Source: Candidatus Gottesmanbacteria bacterium (GTDB lineage: Bacteria; Patescibacteriota; Microgenomatia; JAMCYU01). Taken from it: a DNA stretch of 64,000 nucleotides. Under the pieces are notes generated by a model. It did not search any database, was not told where the DNA came from, and was given only the letters and a program-made list of their open reading frames with translations. How positions within the stretch are numbered: the first letter of the stretch is position 1; every line of letters begins with the position of its first letter. Below are positions 17,227 to 25,898 of the stretch, piece by piece. The DNA lies in NCBI GenBank assembly GCA_043801155.1, contig JAZDMI010000028.1, forward strand, positions 35,389-99,388. Direction: 5' to 3'. The translations under genes were made by a program, and so were the position numbers.

Positions 17227-17303
17227 AGCTAAGAATAGCGCTCTACCCGCCTGCAAAAACTGATGCTTTAGCATCTGCGGGCAGGCCGCTGAGCTACGAG
17301 CCC
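17227..17303 (-). pseudogene. 5' portion of a tRNA paralogous to tRNA-Ile (identical D-arm), interrupted by a 40-nt palindromic insertion at 17246-17285 in the D-loop.
   Basis: Minus strand reads GGGCTCG-TA-GCTCAGCGG-[CCTGCCCGCAGATGCTAAAGCATCAGTTTTTGCAGGCGGG]-TAGAGC-G-CTATT-CTTAGC|. No 3' half follows. Confidence 0.35.
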
Positions 17304-17317
17304 TGGAGGGAATTTTA

Positions 17318-19669
17318 TCATAGCCTGGCTCTTTGGGCAATTTCCGCTTCAACGAGTTCTCGGGGTTTTCCGTATTTCAAGGAAGACAGTCTTTTTATGG
17401 CCTCGGCAACTTTTTGATTAGCAGCTTTTCTCTCGGCAGCTATGTCACGGGTCATATCAACTGAAAAAGGAGGAACCGTTTCCATATTGACAATCGTACG
17501 AATAAAGGCATTATAACGGTCAACATTGATAAGATCCGCTTCAGAAAAGACCGGTTGAAACTCATGCTGGATGAAGTTGGCATCAGTAACTCCGACCCTA
17601 AAAGCAACCAGGGTACCAACGTTGCCAAAAACCGCGTTTTTAACTTCCTCTTCCATCTGACCAATAAACTGATTGGCAACGGTAATCGATAAATGATATT
17701 TTCTAGCTTCAGAAAGCATGGTGGCAAAATCAGGCGTAGCAAAATTTTGAAACTCATCAACATACAAAAAGAAGTCGCGTCGTTTCTCTTCAGCTACGTC
17801 AGTTCGCGACATGGCGGCCATTAAAATCTTCGGAACAATGATTGTTCCCAAAAAGCTGGTGTTTTCTTCTCCGATTTTGCCTTTGGCCAAATTGATCAAG
17901 ATTATTTTGCCCTCGTCCATGGCTTTTCTGAAATCAAAAGCTGTTTGCGATTGGCCGATAATGTTTCTGATAAGCTTATTGGTAACGAATCGGCCAAACT
18001 TGGAAACAATATAATCTAGTACTTCTGATTTATGGAAATCGGCTGTCTGAGCAATCTGATCCGTCCAATAACGGCGAACCATCGGATCAGTAACTTTCGG
18101 TAATAATTCCTGGACAAATGAGGAATCGGTCAAGGCCCGCACCACCTCAACAAAGGTGCTTCCCGGCTCTGCCATAACTGTCAAGATGGCATTTCTGATG
18201 GCATGTTCAAATCTTGGTCCGATGATACCGGTTTTATAAGGATCATAAAGCTTGTACATCAAACCAACAATTGAAGTTGTCACCATATGTTGTTGCTGCT
18301 CGGTATAAGCCTCAATCATATTAAGACCCATGGGTCGATCGGTATTTGAAGGATCAAAATAGATAACGTCTTCTGCCCTTTCCGGTGGAATCATGGGCAG
18401 GATTTTATCAATGGTATCGTGGGGATCAATAAAACAAATTCCCTCACCGTTTCTGATATCCTGCAATATCATTGAACTTAAAAGCTCTGATTTGCCGACA
18501 CCGGTTTTACCAATAACATAAACATGGCGGCTGCGATCCTCTTTGCCAATATAGATCGGTCTTTTAATCCCCCGATAAACGCTGTTACCTAAAAATAGGC
18601 CTGCGGTAGCAATTTGTTGGGGTGCCGGTGCCCGTTTGGCATTAAGCCAGAAAATATGAGGAGTTTCTACCTGTTTATTGGGAAAATGAAAAATCGTGGC
18701 CAACTCTTCACTATTTAAAACTGAGGTTTTGGCAAAAAACGGCGGATTAAATAATGGAAGATAACGATAAATGAAATCAACCATGAATAGTCTTTTAAAA
18801 ACAAGCTTGGCCTTTTTAAAACCATTTAGATCAGAGGAAAATTGTTCAAAGGCACCTACCAGATTTTGTAAATGAGCCTTGGCGGATTCTTCTGTATTTG
18901 AAGAAACAACAATTCTGATCGAGGTCTGAAAACCCGGCTTGCTGCATTTTTGATCAACCATTTCTAAAACCTTAGGGTCAACCGTATACTTAGCCTTTTC
19001 CGGATCGGATTCTCTCCTCTTAACTTTACCGATATAACCGCGGCCGGTGTCCCGCCATTTATTTTTCGCCGGAGAAATCATTATTTGGATAACTGCTCCT
19101 TCTCCCTCCCCCATTTTAGCCAAACCAGAAGTAATTAAAGATAAGGGGTCGGTTGGCAGGTCTTTATAGATTTTTATAGGGAAATAGTTAATATTTTTTA
19201 GTTTTAAAGAGGCAAAAGCGACTTTGCCATTCTCCGAGAAAATATTATATTCATCAATTTCTTTAATTTCGGCTCCGGGATAAGCACCATTGATTTGCTT
19301 TTCCACCAGGTCTTTATAATTTTTATGACAGTAAACATAAAAACGGATATCCTCTTTTTTACCGACGATTTCAAAAGAGACTTGTTCTTCAGTTTTTAAA
19401 AATGAGAAAAAACCGGATTTTTTTAGGGAATAAAGGCTGCTGGCCATCTGCTCGGCAGCATCAATCTTAATCTCATTATCCCGAGGAAGAGCTACTTGTA
19501 AAAGCACAGAATTTAAAGATTTTTCTTCACGATGGCGATATTTCCACAGTAGAAAAATATAATAGACTACCAAGATTAATCCGGCCAAAGCTAGAATAGC
19601 CACGGTCATACTTAGGATAAAGACTTCGGCTCGATAAATTAAATCACTAAACAGTGCGCTTGGATCCAT
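17318..19669 (-). CDS. Membrane-anchored P-loop ATPase of the FtsK/HerA/TraG-TraD (type IV coupling protein-like) superfamily.
   Basis: N-terminal transmembrane segment. Walker A HVYVIGKTGVGKSELL, Walker B FFLYVDEFQNF, and an ARKYHLSITVANQ motif typical of TraD/VirD4/DUF87-type ATPases. Confidence 0.55.
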   Translation of the reverse strand: MDPSALFSDLIYRAEVFILSMTVAILALAGLILVVYYIFLLWKYRHREEKSLNSVLLQVALPRDNEIKIDAAEQMASSLYSLKKSGFFSFLKTEEQVSFEIVGKKEDIRFYVYCHKNYKDLVEKQINGAYPGAEIKEIDEYNIFSENGKVAFASLKLKNINYFPIKIYKDLPTDPLSLITSGLAKMGEGEGAVIQIMISPAKNKWRDTGRGYIGKVKRRESDPEKAKYTVDPKVLEMVDQKCSKPGFQTSIRIVVSSNTEESAKAHLQNLVGAFEQFSSDLNGFKKAKLVFKRLFMVDFIYRYLPLFNPPFFAKTSVLNSEELATIFHFPNKQVETPHIFWLNAKRAPAPQQIATAGLFLGNSVYRGIKRPIYIGKEDRSRHVYVIGKTGVGKSELLSSMILQDIRNGEGICFIDPHDTIDKILPMIPPERAEDVIYFDPSNTDRPMGLNMIEAYTEQQQHMVTTSIVGLMYKLYDPYKTGIIGPRFEHAIRNAILTVMAEPGSTFVEVVRALTDSSFVQELLPKVTDPMVRRYWTDQIAQTADFHKSEVLDYIVSKFGRFVTNKLIRNIIGQSQTAFDFRKAMDEGKIILINLAKGKIGEENTSFLGTIIVPKILMAAMSRTDVAEEKRRDFFLYVDEFQNFATPDFATMLSEARKYHLSITVANQFIGQMEEEVKNAVFGNVGTLVAFRVGVTDANFIQHEFQPVFSEADLINVDRYNAFIRTIVNMETVPPFSVDMTRDIAAERKAANQKVAEAIKRLSSLKYGKPRELVEAEIAQRARL

Positions 19670-19764
19670 ATTCTTATTATATATGATTACATATCAGACA
19701 ATGTGGAGTGAAAAAATTCATCACTGCTAGCCCAAGTATTTTTCGTGCCGACCTCAGCAAAACG

Positions 19765-20265
19765 TCATTTAAATACAACCCTAATAATTCTGCCATGAAC
19801 TTTTTTTAATCGAATATGTACTTTCTTAAGTTGTCTTATACACCACTCCACTAGCCATCGCAAACTCGTGATGACCGGTGCCGTTGTTGCGGTTACAATT
19901 TTATCATCGTTTATAGGTAAATTAGCGGTAATTGGAGTAACTGGTTGATTAATATCACTTGGAACCACACCCATTTTTTGGACTGGTTCTGATATCTCCA
20001 CTTGTTCTTTTTTTACTTCGATACCAGCTTCTTTTACTTCAGGTGCCAGCTCCATTTCTTTTCTTAATTCCTCTAAGGCTGTTTCGTCTTGTTGGGCAAA
20101 AATTTCTTTTTCCTTTGCGCCAATGCTTGTCCCCTGAGGTTTTGCTGCTGATGGAACAGGCATATCGGGAGGTAACATCTGTGGTATTGGATTGTTGCTT
20201 GTCTGGTTGGTTTTATCGATGACCTTTGTTTTTTTTGATGTATTAGGCAGTTTAACCATACCCAA
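19765..20265 (-). CDS. hypothetical protein (166 aa)
   Basis: ORF only. No motif recognised. Confidence 0.4.
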   Translation of the reverse strand: MGMVKLPNTSKKTKVIDKTNQTSNNPIPQMLPPDMPVPSAAKPQGTSIGAKEKEIFAQQDETALEELRKEMELAPEVKEAGIEVKKEQVEISEPVQKMGVVPSDINQPVTPITANLPINDDKIVTATTAPVITSLRWLVEWCIRQLKKVHIRLKKVHGRIIRVVFK

Positions 20266-20274
20266 ATTCTAACA

Positions 20275-21141
20275 CTAGCCCAGGTATTTCTCAACTAATT
20301 TTACTTCCCCCAAAATCTCTTGCTCAGTAACCTCAGCTGAATGTTCAAGGATTAATATCGGCATCGGTGCTAACTTTTTTATTCCCTTAAACATTTTGTC
20401 CAAATTAAGTATTCCCTGCCCCAAAACCCGATGGTCATGTAATTTTTGATTAACATCATCAATATGCATTTCAATAATTCTTGGGCCAAAATCAAAGAAT
20501 TTATAACAATCGTCTTTATGAACAATATATCCATGGCCAAAATCAAAAAGAAAATTCAGATCAGGGAATTCATTTAAAAAATTCTCAAATTCAGAGAAAT
20601 TAGTTAGCGTTGTTGACGTACCTTCCCAACCAATAATATTTTCTAAAGCAACTTTAAGATGATTTTCTTTGGCTTTAATAAGCATCAAGCCTAAAAATTC
20701 TTTCATATTATTCAAAGCCTTTGGTTGAGGAATTTTATCAACCGACACAAATTCTTTAAAACCACCCCATTGCTTAGATATGCCTTTATAGGTAAAGGTC
20801 GAATTTAAGCCGGTATGAAAACTAATAATTCTGCTATTTAAAATCTTAGCCGCCTTAAAAATTGCATCAATAACCTGCTGGTTTTCATTAGATAATCCTT
20901 GGGCAGAGTTGGAAAAAAAATTACCAAGAACCGGCGGAAAGAAACAATGCTGGGTAAAAGTAGCATCAGGAAAATCGTGACGGATATTATTAATAGTTGC
21001 AAAAAGATTACCTTCAAGGCTATGATTTGCTCCCAGTTCAATTAAACGAAAGCCCAATTCGTATGCTCTTTTTACTGAATCGTAAATAGAAAATCCTCTA
21101 GCGCTGAAGTAAGACGTGGAAAGACCTAAGTTTTGCAGCAT
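20275..21141 (-). CDS. xylose-isomerase-like TIM-barrel protein (sugar-phosphate isomerase/epimerase family)
   Basis: GFRLIELGANH..HTGL..LALENI..FDFGHGYI pattern of the AP-endonuclease-2/xylose-isomerase TIM-barrel family. It overlaps the upstream ORF by 44 nt, so the true start may lie downstream. Confidence 0.5.
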   Translation of the reverse strand: MLQNLGLSTSYFSARGFSIYDSVKRAYELGFRLIELGANHSLEGNLFATINNIRHDFPDATFTQHCFFPPVLGNFFSNSAQGLSNENQQVIDAIFKAAKILNSRIISFHTGLNSTFTYKGISKQWGGFKEFVSVDKIPQPKALNNMKEFLGLMLIKAKENHLKVALENIIGWEGTSTTLTNFSEFENFLNEFPDLNFLFDFGHGYIVHKDDCYKFFDFGPRIIEMHIDDVNQKLHDHRVLGQGILNLDKMFKGIKKLAPMPILILEHSAEVTEQEILGEVKLVEKYLG

Positions 21142-21631
21142 ACAAAGATTTTACCACTTCTACGATGCCAAATGAAACCGGCACGAAGAATAGATTACCC
21201 AATAAATTCAATTTCAAGAAAGGTATCCCCATAATATAGGCTTCTATTAAACCGCCAAGTGTCCTTGGATACATGCCCCAACTGTCCAGCGCCCAAACGC
21301 CGAAGTTTGTCCACAGGAAGAAAAAGACACTGGCAAAAATACCAGCGCCCGCTGCTCGTATGATTTTCCCTTTTAGGTTACCTAAGTAACCCAAACAACC
21401 TACGACTAAATAAGCACTCCAGGTAAAAAGAAAAATATTGGTATTACCAATTATTGTGTCAGACAAAACCATAATCGCAAAAGGAACTAAAATTGCGTAT
21501 TTTTTACCTAAATATGCTCCGGCTAAAAGAGAAGCCGCGGTTACAAATTCAATATTCGGAGCAATATGGCCGACAGTTCGTAGAATTATGGCGATTGATA
21601 TTAATATAGCAGCAAAAATAATTTTTTTCAT
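21098..21631 (-). CDS. Small polytopic membrane protein (177 aa), ECF-transporter S-component or BtuM-like.
   Basis: About 6 predicted transmembrane helices and a conserved Cys in VVGCLGY. It lies in a B12-riboswitch-controlled operon. Confidence 0.45.
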   Translation of the reverse strand: MKKIIFAAILISIAIILRTVGHIAPNIEFVTAASLLAGAYLGKKYAILVPFAIMVLSDTIIGNTNIFLFTWSAYLVVGCLGYLGNLKGKIIRAAGAGIFASVFFFLWTNFGVWALDSWGMYPRTLGGLIEAYIMGIPFLKLNLLGNLFFVPVSFGIVEVVKSLYAAKLRSFHVLLQR

Positions 21632-21676
21632 CTTAGTTATTCTCCTTTTGGATATTAACTGATATTAATAATAATT

Positions 21677-23011
21677 TCAAGTCCCTTTTGCCAGCCAAAA
21701 TTTTAAAGCAATTAAAATCAAAATCCCTCCAGGAATTATTAACCATATTTTTTTAGAATTTGACTTTTGATTTTCTTCTACTTGATTCTTTTCCTTCGTT
21801 TGACTACTTACAGTTGCTTCTCCTAGAACTTGGGGGGTTGGACTAGGATAAGTATAAATAATTTGTGGTGATGGACTAGGCACCGATGACGACGTCGGTG
21901 TTGATGATGATGAAGGACTCGGCGACGGATCAGCAGACGGAGTTGGGGTCGGTGTAGGACTGGGTGAGGGACTTGGCGTGGAAGTCGGACTGGGGGTTGG
22001 AGTTGGGGTCGGCGTAGGACTGGGTGAGGGTTCGACTGACGGAGTGGGCGATGGACTTGCAGACGGTGTAAAAATATTCAATATCCAACTTTTACCTAAA
22101 AGGGCAATAATAGATTGAGCCGTTGTGGTTGTGTCTTCGCCGCTCCAGGTTAAAAAACCTCCATCTGTCTGTTGATTAGTAATAAGCCAGTTTCTGGCAT
22201 TAATGGCTTGGTCAGAATTTCCCAGTCCTAAAACATTTAAAGCCATCAGTCCCCAAGAAGTCGTATCGCTATCGCTAGTCCCCGACCAGCCGGGAAATCC
22301 ACCATCAGCATTTTGATGAACTAAAAGATAATCTCTAGCTAGCAAGATGGCATTGTCCAAACCATCGTTAGTTAAATCATTGTCTTTAGCTGCTTGTAAT
22401 GATTGTATGGCCGCGGCTGTCATGTCAATGGTCGTTCCGCAATAAGCACAAGTCGTATCCGGCGACCAGCTAAAACCACCATCAGATGCCTGATGAGTAA
22501 TAATAAAATTAAGAGTGTCTTTCTTAACTTGTAAATCAGAACTAACCCCACAACTAATTAAGGCTAAAAGTCCGAAGAAATCTTCATTAAGCGAAGTTAT
22601 ATCGCCAATTTGCTGGTTATTGTAAAAACTTTCTAATTTTTGTACGTAATTTACCCCATTAAAATTTGTCGGGTCATCACCTATTGCCACAATGGCCAAA
22701 ATTCTTGATTCCCAATCAGTGGCCGAACTATTATCCCCAGGTTTATCGTTTAAAAGAAAATCCCGTAAAGAAGATGAGTTAGTCGAAATTTTTACATCTG
22801 CCGGATTGATATTATTAGCCATAAAAGCGATGGCTGACCATTGGGAAGGACTGGAAAAACCATTAGTAATTTTTCCGGTTGCATCCTGCTTAGATTTTAA
22901 AAAGTTAAGACCATTATCAATAACTGCGTCTGCCAGGGCAATTCTAACAGTTAAAAAAAATAAAATAGCAATTAATAGAACAGTTTTTTTCATGAGCCTA
23001 AATATTTCCAT
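21677..23011 (-). CDS. Cell-surface protein. Signal peptide, then alpha/alpha-toroid repeats (prenyltransferase/squalene-cyclase-like QxxDGGF/W), a Pro/Ser/Thr-rich linker, and a C-terminal transmembrane anchor.
   Basis: Repeats [19 protein letters not shown] and [10 protein letters not shown]. Linker [31 protein letters not shown].... C-terminal [24 protein letters not shown]. Confidence 0.6.
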   Translation of the reverse strand: MEIFRLMKKTVLLIAILFFLTVRIALADAVIDNGLNFLKSKQDATGKITNGFSSPSQWSAIAFMANNINPADVKISTNSSSLRDFLLNDKPGDNSSATDWESRILAIVAIGDDPTNFNGVNYVQKLESFYNNQQIGDITSLNEDFFGLLALISCGVSSDLQVKKDTLNFIITHQASDGGFSWSPDTTCAYCGTTIDMTAAAIQSLQAAKDNDLTNDGLDNAILLARDYLLVHQNADGGFPGWSGTSDSDTTSWGLMALNVLGLGNSDQAINARNWLITNQQTDGGFLTWSGEDTTTTAQSIIALLGKSWILNIFTPSASPSPTPSVEPSPSPTPTPTPTPSPTSTPSPSPSPTPTPTPSADPSPSPSSSSTPTSSSVPSPSPQIIYTYPSPTPQVLGEATVSSQTKEKNQVEENQKSNSKKIWLIIPGGILILIALKFWLAKGT

Positions 23012-23592
23012 TCAATCTTGTCGCCATTATTAGCTTTAATATAACTGCATCCCTGGGCCGGAGACACACTATTGATCGTATAAGTCCACCAAACAGAATT
23101 TTCCTTACCAATTCCATTAATCTGATAGACAGCAAAGCTACCCAAAGAATTATTGAATTGCATATTAAGACTATCAATCTTCCCCTGTTCTTTGGCTTTA
23201 GTTAATACATCACACTGATTATTTCCCTGGTCAATATTGACTGTAAAGCTTGAACCGCCATTAATTGACAGATTAATTTGTAACGGCTGACTAGCTGGTG
23301 GAGGATTAGCCATGGGACTAGCTTCGGGAGATGGCGAGTTGGAATTCGCCGGTACATTAGAACTCTCAACTAATGGAGTCGGATTAGGACTGGAAATTTG
23401 AACAACCAGAGATGAAGTTACAACTGCAGATATAGATGGTGAATTCTTTGGTTTAGCAGATGGTTCTTCTTTTATCTGGACTCCGGATACTTGACTATTA
23501 TTTTTCTTTTTAACTTCGGGATAAAGAGAAAAAGCAATTAAGCCAAGTCCAATAATAAAAATAATTAAAGCGATTAGTCGTTTTTTATTCAT
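22990..23592 (-). CDS. DUF4430-like protein (transcobalamin-like C-terminal beta-domain), with N-terminal transmembrane segment and S/P-rich linker.
   Basis: C-terminal ..[33 protein letters not shown] matches the DUF4430 pattern W.Y.vNg...G...y.l.dGD.I.W.Y. It is the first gene after the B12 riboswitch. Confidence 0.55.
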   Translation of the reverse strand: MNKKRLIALIIFIIGLGLIAFSLYPEVKKKNNSQVSGVQIKEEPSAKPKNSPSISAVVTSSLVVQISSPNPTPLVESSNVPANSNSPSPEASPMANPPPASQPLQINLSINGGSSFTVNIDQGNNQCDVLTKAKEQGKIDSLNMQFNNSLGSFAVYQINGIGKENSVWWTYTINSVSPAQGCSYIKANNGDKIEWKYLGS

Positions 23593-23595
23593 AAC

Positions 23596-23778
23596 CTTCT
23601 CGTTTTCCCCTCGAGAAGGTTATCATCGGCCACTAAAAAAGACCCTTGCTCGAGAGATTCCTTAAGACGGTTCCTGACTTTGGTTCGCCGTAGCTTAATG
23701 CGAAGGCGACCTTTTACAGTTGCGGCACAGTCCCAGATTCTCACTGGGTTCCCGTAACCTTAAGGACCAATTTAAAAA
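23596..23778 (-). ncRNA. Cobalamin (AdoCbl) riboswitch, with an expression platform that sequesters the Shine-Dalgarno of the 22990-23592 gene.
   Basis: Minus strand reads CCTTAAGG(P1)..ACGGGAACCCAGTGAGAATCTGGGACTGTGCCGCAACTGTAAAAGG...AAGTCAGGAACC(B12 box)..CTTAAGG(P1'). Then CCTTCTCG-AGGGGAAAA-CGAGAAGG pairs over the GAGAAGG Shine-Dalgarno just before the ATG at 23592. Confidence 0.75.
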
Positions 23779-23812
23779 TAACAATCTTTAACCTTTTTGT
23801 CAATCCTTAATT

Positions 23813-24133
23813 TCAATAATCCATTCTTCCAATCTTATGAGCTCTTCTTGATAATCTTTGGGCTTTCCTACGGTTACCAGCCTTTAGTTCTAATTTTGCT
23901 TTTTCTTCAAAAGCTCCCATCATCATGGCTGCCTTATAATCTCCTGATATTCCATGATCTACCCCTGGATACTTAGAAGCTTTTATGTAAACAGCTGTTC
24001 CCACACGATCTCCTATTTCCGAAAACTTCCACGCTGTATTCCAAGCTTCTACCCCACCTGCTCCTTCTATAAAACAAATCTCATGTCCTTTAGCAAATTG
24101 ATTAATTATATCTCTAACTCTTTCATGACTCAT
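23813..24133 (-). CDS. hypothetical small protein (106 aa), paralog of the ORF at 24199-24561
   Basis: Strong AAAGGAGG Shine-Dalgarno. Shares VEAWNTAW..GD..TA and a basic helical C-terminus with its neighbour. Locally higher GC. Confidence 0.5.
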   Translation of the reverse strand: MSHERVRDIINQFAKGHEICFIEGAGGVEAWNTAWKFSEIGDRVGTAVYIKASKYPGVDHGISGDYKAAMMMGAFEEKAKLELKAGNRRKAQRLSRRAHKIGRMDY

Positions 24134-24198
24134 ATTTCTCGCCTCCTTTGGACAGTAAATTTTGTCAATAAACTATTTTTAAGCTATAAATCCGAGAT

Positions 24199-24561
24199 CT
24201 AAATCATCCTTGATATTTCTTCTGCTCTGGTAGAAAGAAATGTTGCTTTTGCAGCATCTCTTCTTTTCCGTGCTTTCTCTGCGGCTTTATGAAAGGCTTC
24301 CGACAGTATTACGGCTCTCGGATCGGGTAGCGGTTCCTCCCTAACTGGGGGTACTTCTACTACTTGCAAAAAAGCCGCTGTCCGAGTTAAGTCACCTTCT
24401 CTAGCATATGATCGAGCTAAATCCCACGCAGATAATCCATGAGCATTATGGGATACCAAATTTCTAGCATATCCCTCATGATCCATATTATACTGAGTCG
24501 TTAAACCCTCAATTACCTGGGCAATTGTCTCTGTTGACGAATCAACTGTTTCGCGTGGCAT
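24199..24561 (-). CDS. hypothetical small protein (120 aa), paralog of the ORF at 23813-24133
   Basis: The 5' leader is a near-duplicate of its neighbour's (CAAATTTTCTGTTCAAAGGAGGAGAAAAATATG versus CAAAATTTACTGTCCAAAGGAGGCGAGAAATATG). Confidence 0.5.
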   Translation of the reverse strand: MPRETVDSSTETIAQVIEGLTTQYNMDHEGYARNLVSHNAHGLSAWDLARSYAREGDLTRTAAFLQVVEVPPVREEPLPDPRAVILSEAFHKAAEKARKRRDAAKATFLSTRAEEISRMI

Positions 24562-24621
24562 ATTTTTCTCCTCCTTTGAACAGAAAATTTGCTTTGATTG
24601 TAATTAACCTATCTATGAAAA

Positions 24622-25143
24622 TCAATAATCAATTCCTTTTTTTGCTTTTCCGTTTTTTTTAAATGGGTGTTTGATTTCTTTGAATTCGGTTACCAGGTCA
24701 GCTACTTCGACAAGCTCAGTATGAGCCCACCGACCGGTTAAGACTAAATCCACGCCTTTTTCTTTTGCAATCATAATTAATTCCAAAACTTTATTTACTT
24801 TTATCAATCCGAATTTTAAAGCTACATTTATCTCGTCCAAAACAATGATGTCGAATAGTGAATTATAAATAGCAGATAGCGAATAATCAAACCCCTTTTT
24901 TGCTTCTAAATAATCTATTTCTCGGAGGTGTTTTAGGTCAACGAGTTCTTTTGTCCCAAATCTTTTAATTCTTAACTCATAATTCATAATTCTTAATTCA
25001 TTTAACACTTTTACCTCTCCACTGATTCTTTTTTTTAGGAATTGAACTATAAGAACCCTCTTCCCCCACCCCACTGACCGCAAGATCAGTCCCAATGCAG
25101 CCGTGGTTTTCCCCTTTCCATTCCCGGTATAAACAATAATCAT
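24622..25143 (-). CDS. cobA: cob(I)yrinic acid a,c-diamide / corrinoid adenosyltransferase (CobA/BtuR/CobO type)
   Basis: P-loop VYTGNGKGKTTAALG, VQFLK, LDEIN, and the C-terminal LVLTGR..ADLVTEFKEIKH characteristic of the CobA family. Confidence 0.85.
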   Translation of the reverse strand: MIIVYTGNGKGKTTAALGLILRSVGWGKRVLIVQFLKKRISGEVKVLNELRIMNYELRIKRFGTKELVDLKHLREIDYLEAKKGFDYSLSAIYNSLFDIIVLDEINVALKFGLIKVNKVLELIMIAKEKGVDLVLTGRWAHTELVEVADLVTEFKEIKHPFKKNGKAKKGIDY

Positions 25144-25874
25144 ATTCCCCTAACCTCTGTTTTTGGTATAAATTTTCTTAGTTCTGGTAAAACTTTATCA
25201 TAAAAACTTTTAGGATACGGTTTTATTTTCTCAAAACTAGAATCCAAGCATTTATCCGGCCGAAAATTTTGTAAAAACCACTTGAATTTAGGGTTTAGGG
25301 TCGAGGGTTTAGGGTATAGTGAATTTAACTCTTGAGCCATCGCAATAAGATCTTCCTTTATATGAAGTGTCGGTACAACTGTAGTTCGTAGTTCAAAAGG
25401 CATTTCGTTTTTTACCAAAATATTTATTATCTTTTTAACTGTACCCTTTACCCTATACCCTATATCCTTCCCAATATATTTGTAATATTTATAAAATGGT
25501 CCCTTGTAATCTACTGCTATATAATCCACTAATCCATTCTTTATTAGCTCTTCTACCATTCCTGGATTGGTTCCATTAGTATCAAGCTTTACCAGATATT
25601 TCATATCTTTAATCTTGGCAATAAATTCTGGTAAGTCGTTTTGGATTGTTGGTTCGCCGCCGGTAATAACGACTCCCTCAAGCTTCCCTGCTCTGCTTTT
25701 TAGGAACTTAAATATTTCTTCTTCGTCAATGTTTGGTAGTTTATCATTGTCTATTACTAAGTCTGGATTTTGACAAAAGGGACAACGGAAATTGCATCCG
25801 GAAGTGAAAATAATACCAGCAATCTTACCTGGGTAATCCAGAAGGGTGGTTTTTTGCAGACCCCGAATGTTCAT
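25140..25874 (-). CDS. nrdG: anaerobic ribonucleoside-triphosphate reductase activating protein (radical SAM)
   Basis: GCNFRCPFCQNP CxxxCxxC radical-SAM motif of NrdG/PflA-type activases. It overlaps the cobA start by 4 nt, which indicates operon coupling. Confidence 0.85.
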   Translation of the reverse strand: MNIRGLQKTTLLDYPGKIAGIIFTSGCNFRCPFCQNPDLVIDNDKLPNIDEEEIFKFLKSRAGKLEGVVITGGEPTIQNDLPEFIAKIKDMKYLVKLDTNGTNPGMVEELIKNGLVDYIAVDYKGPFYKYYKYIGKDIGYRVKGTVKKIINILVKNEMPFELRTTVVPTLHIKEDLIAMAQELNSLYPKPSTLNPKFKWFLQNFRPDKCLDSSFEKIKPYPKSFYDKVLPELRKFIPKTEVRGI

Positions 25875-25898
25875 AGGATAGTTATAATTAACTATAAA

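Noticed and set aside
21870-22070. Tandem DNA repeats (ggactgggtgagggacttggcgtggaagtcgg...)
   Set aside because: They encode the Pro/Ser/Thr linker of the surface protein. They are coding, not a mobile or CRISPR repeat.
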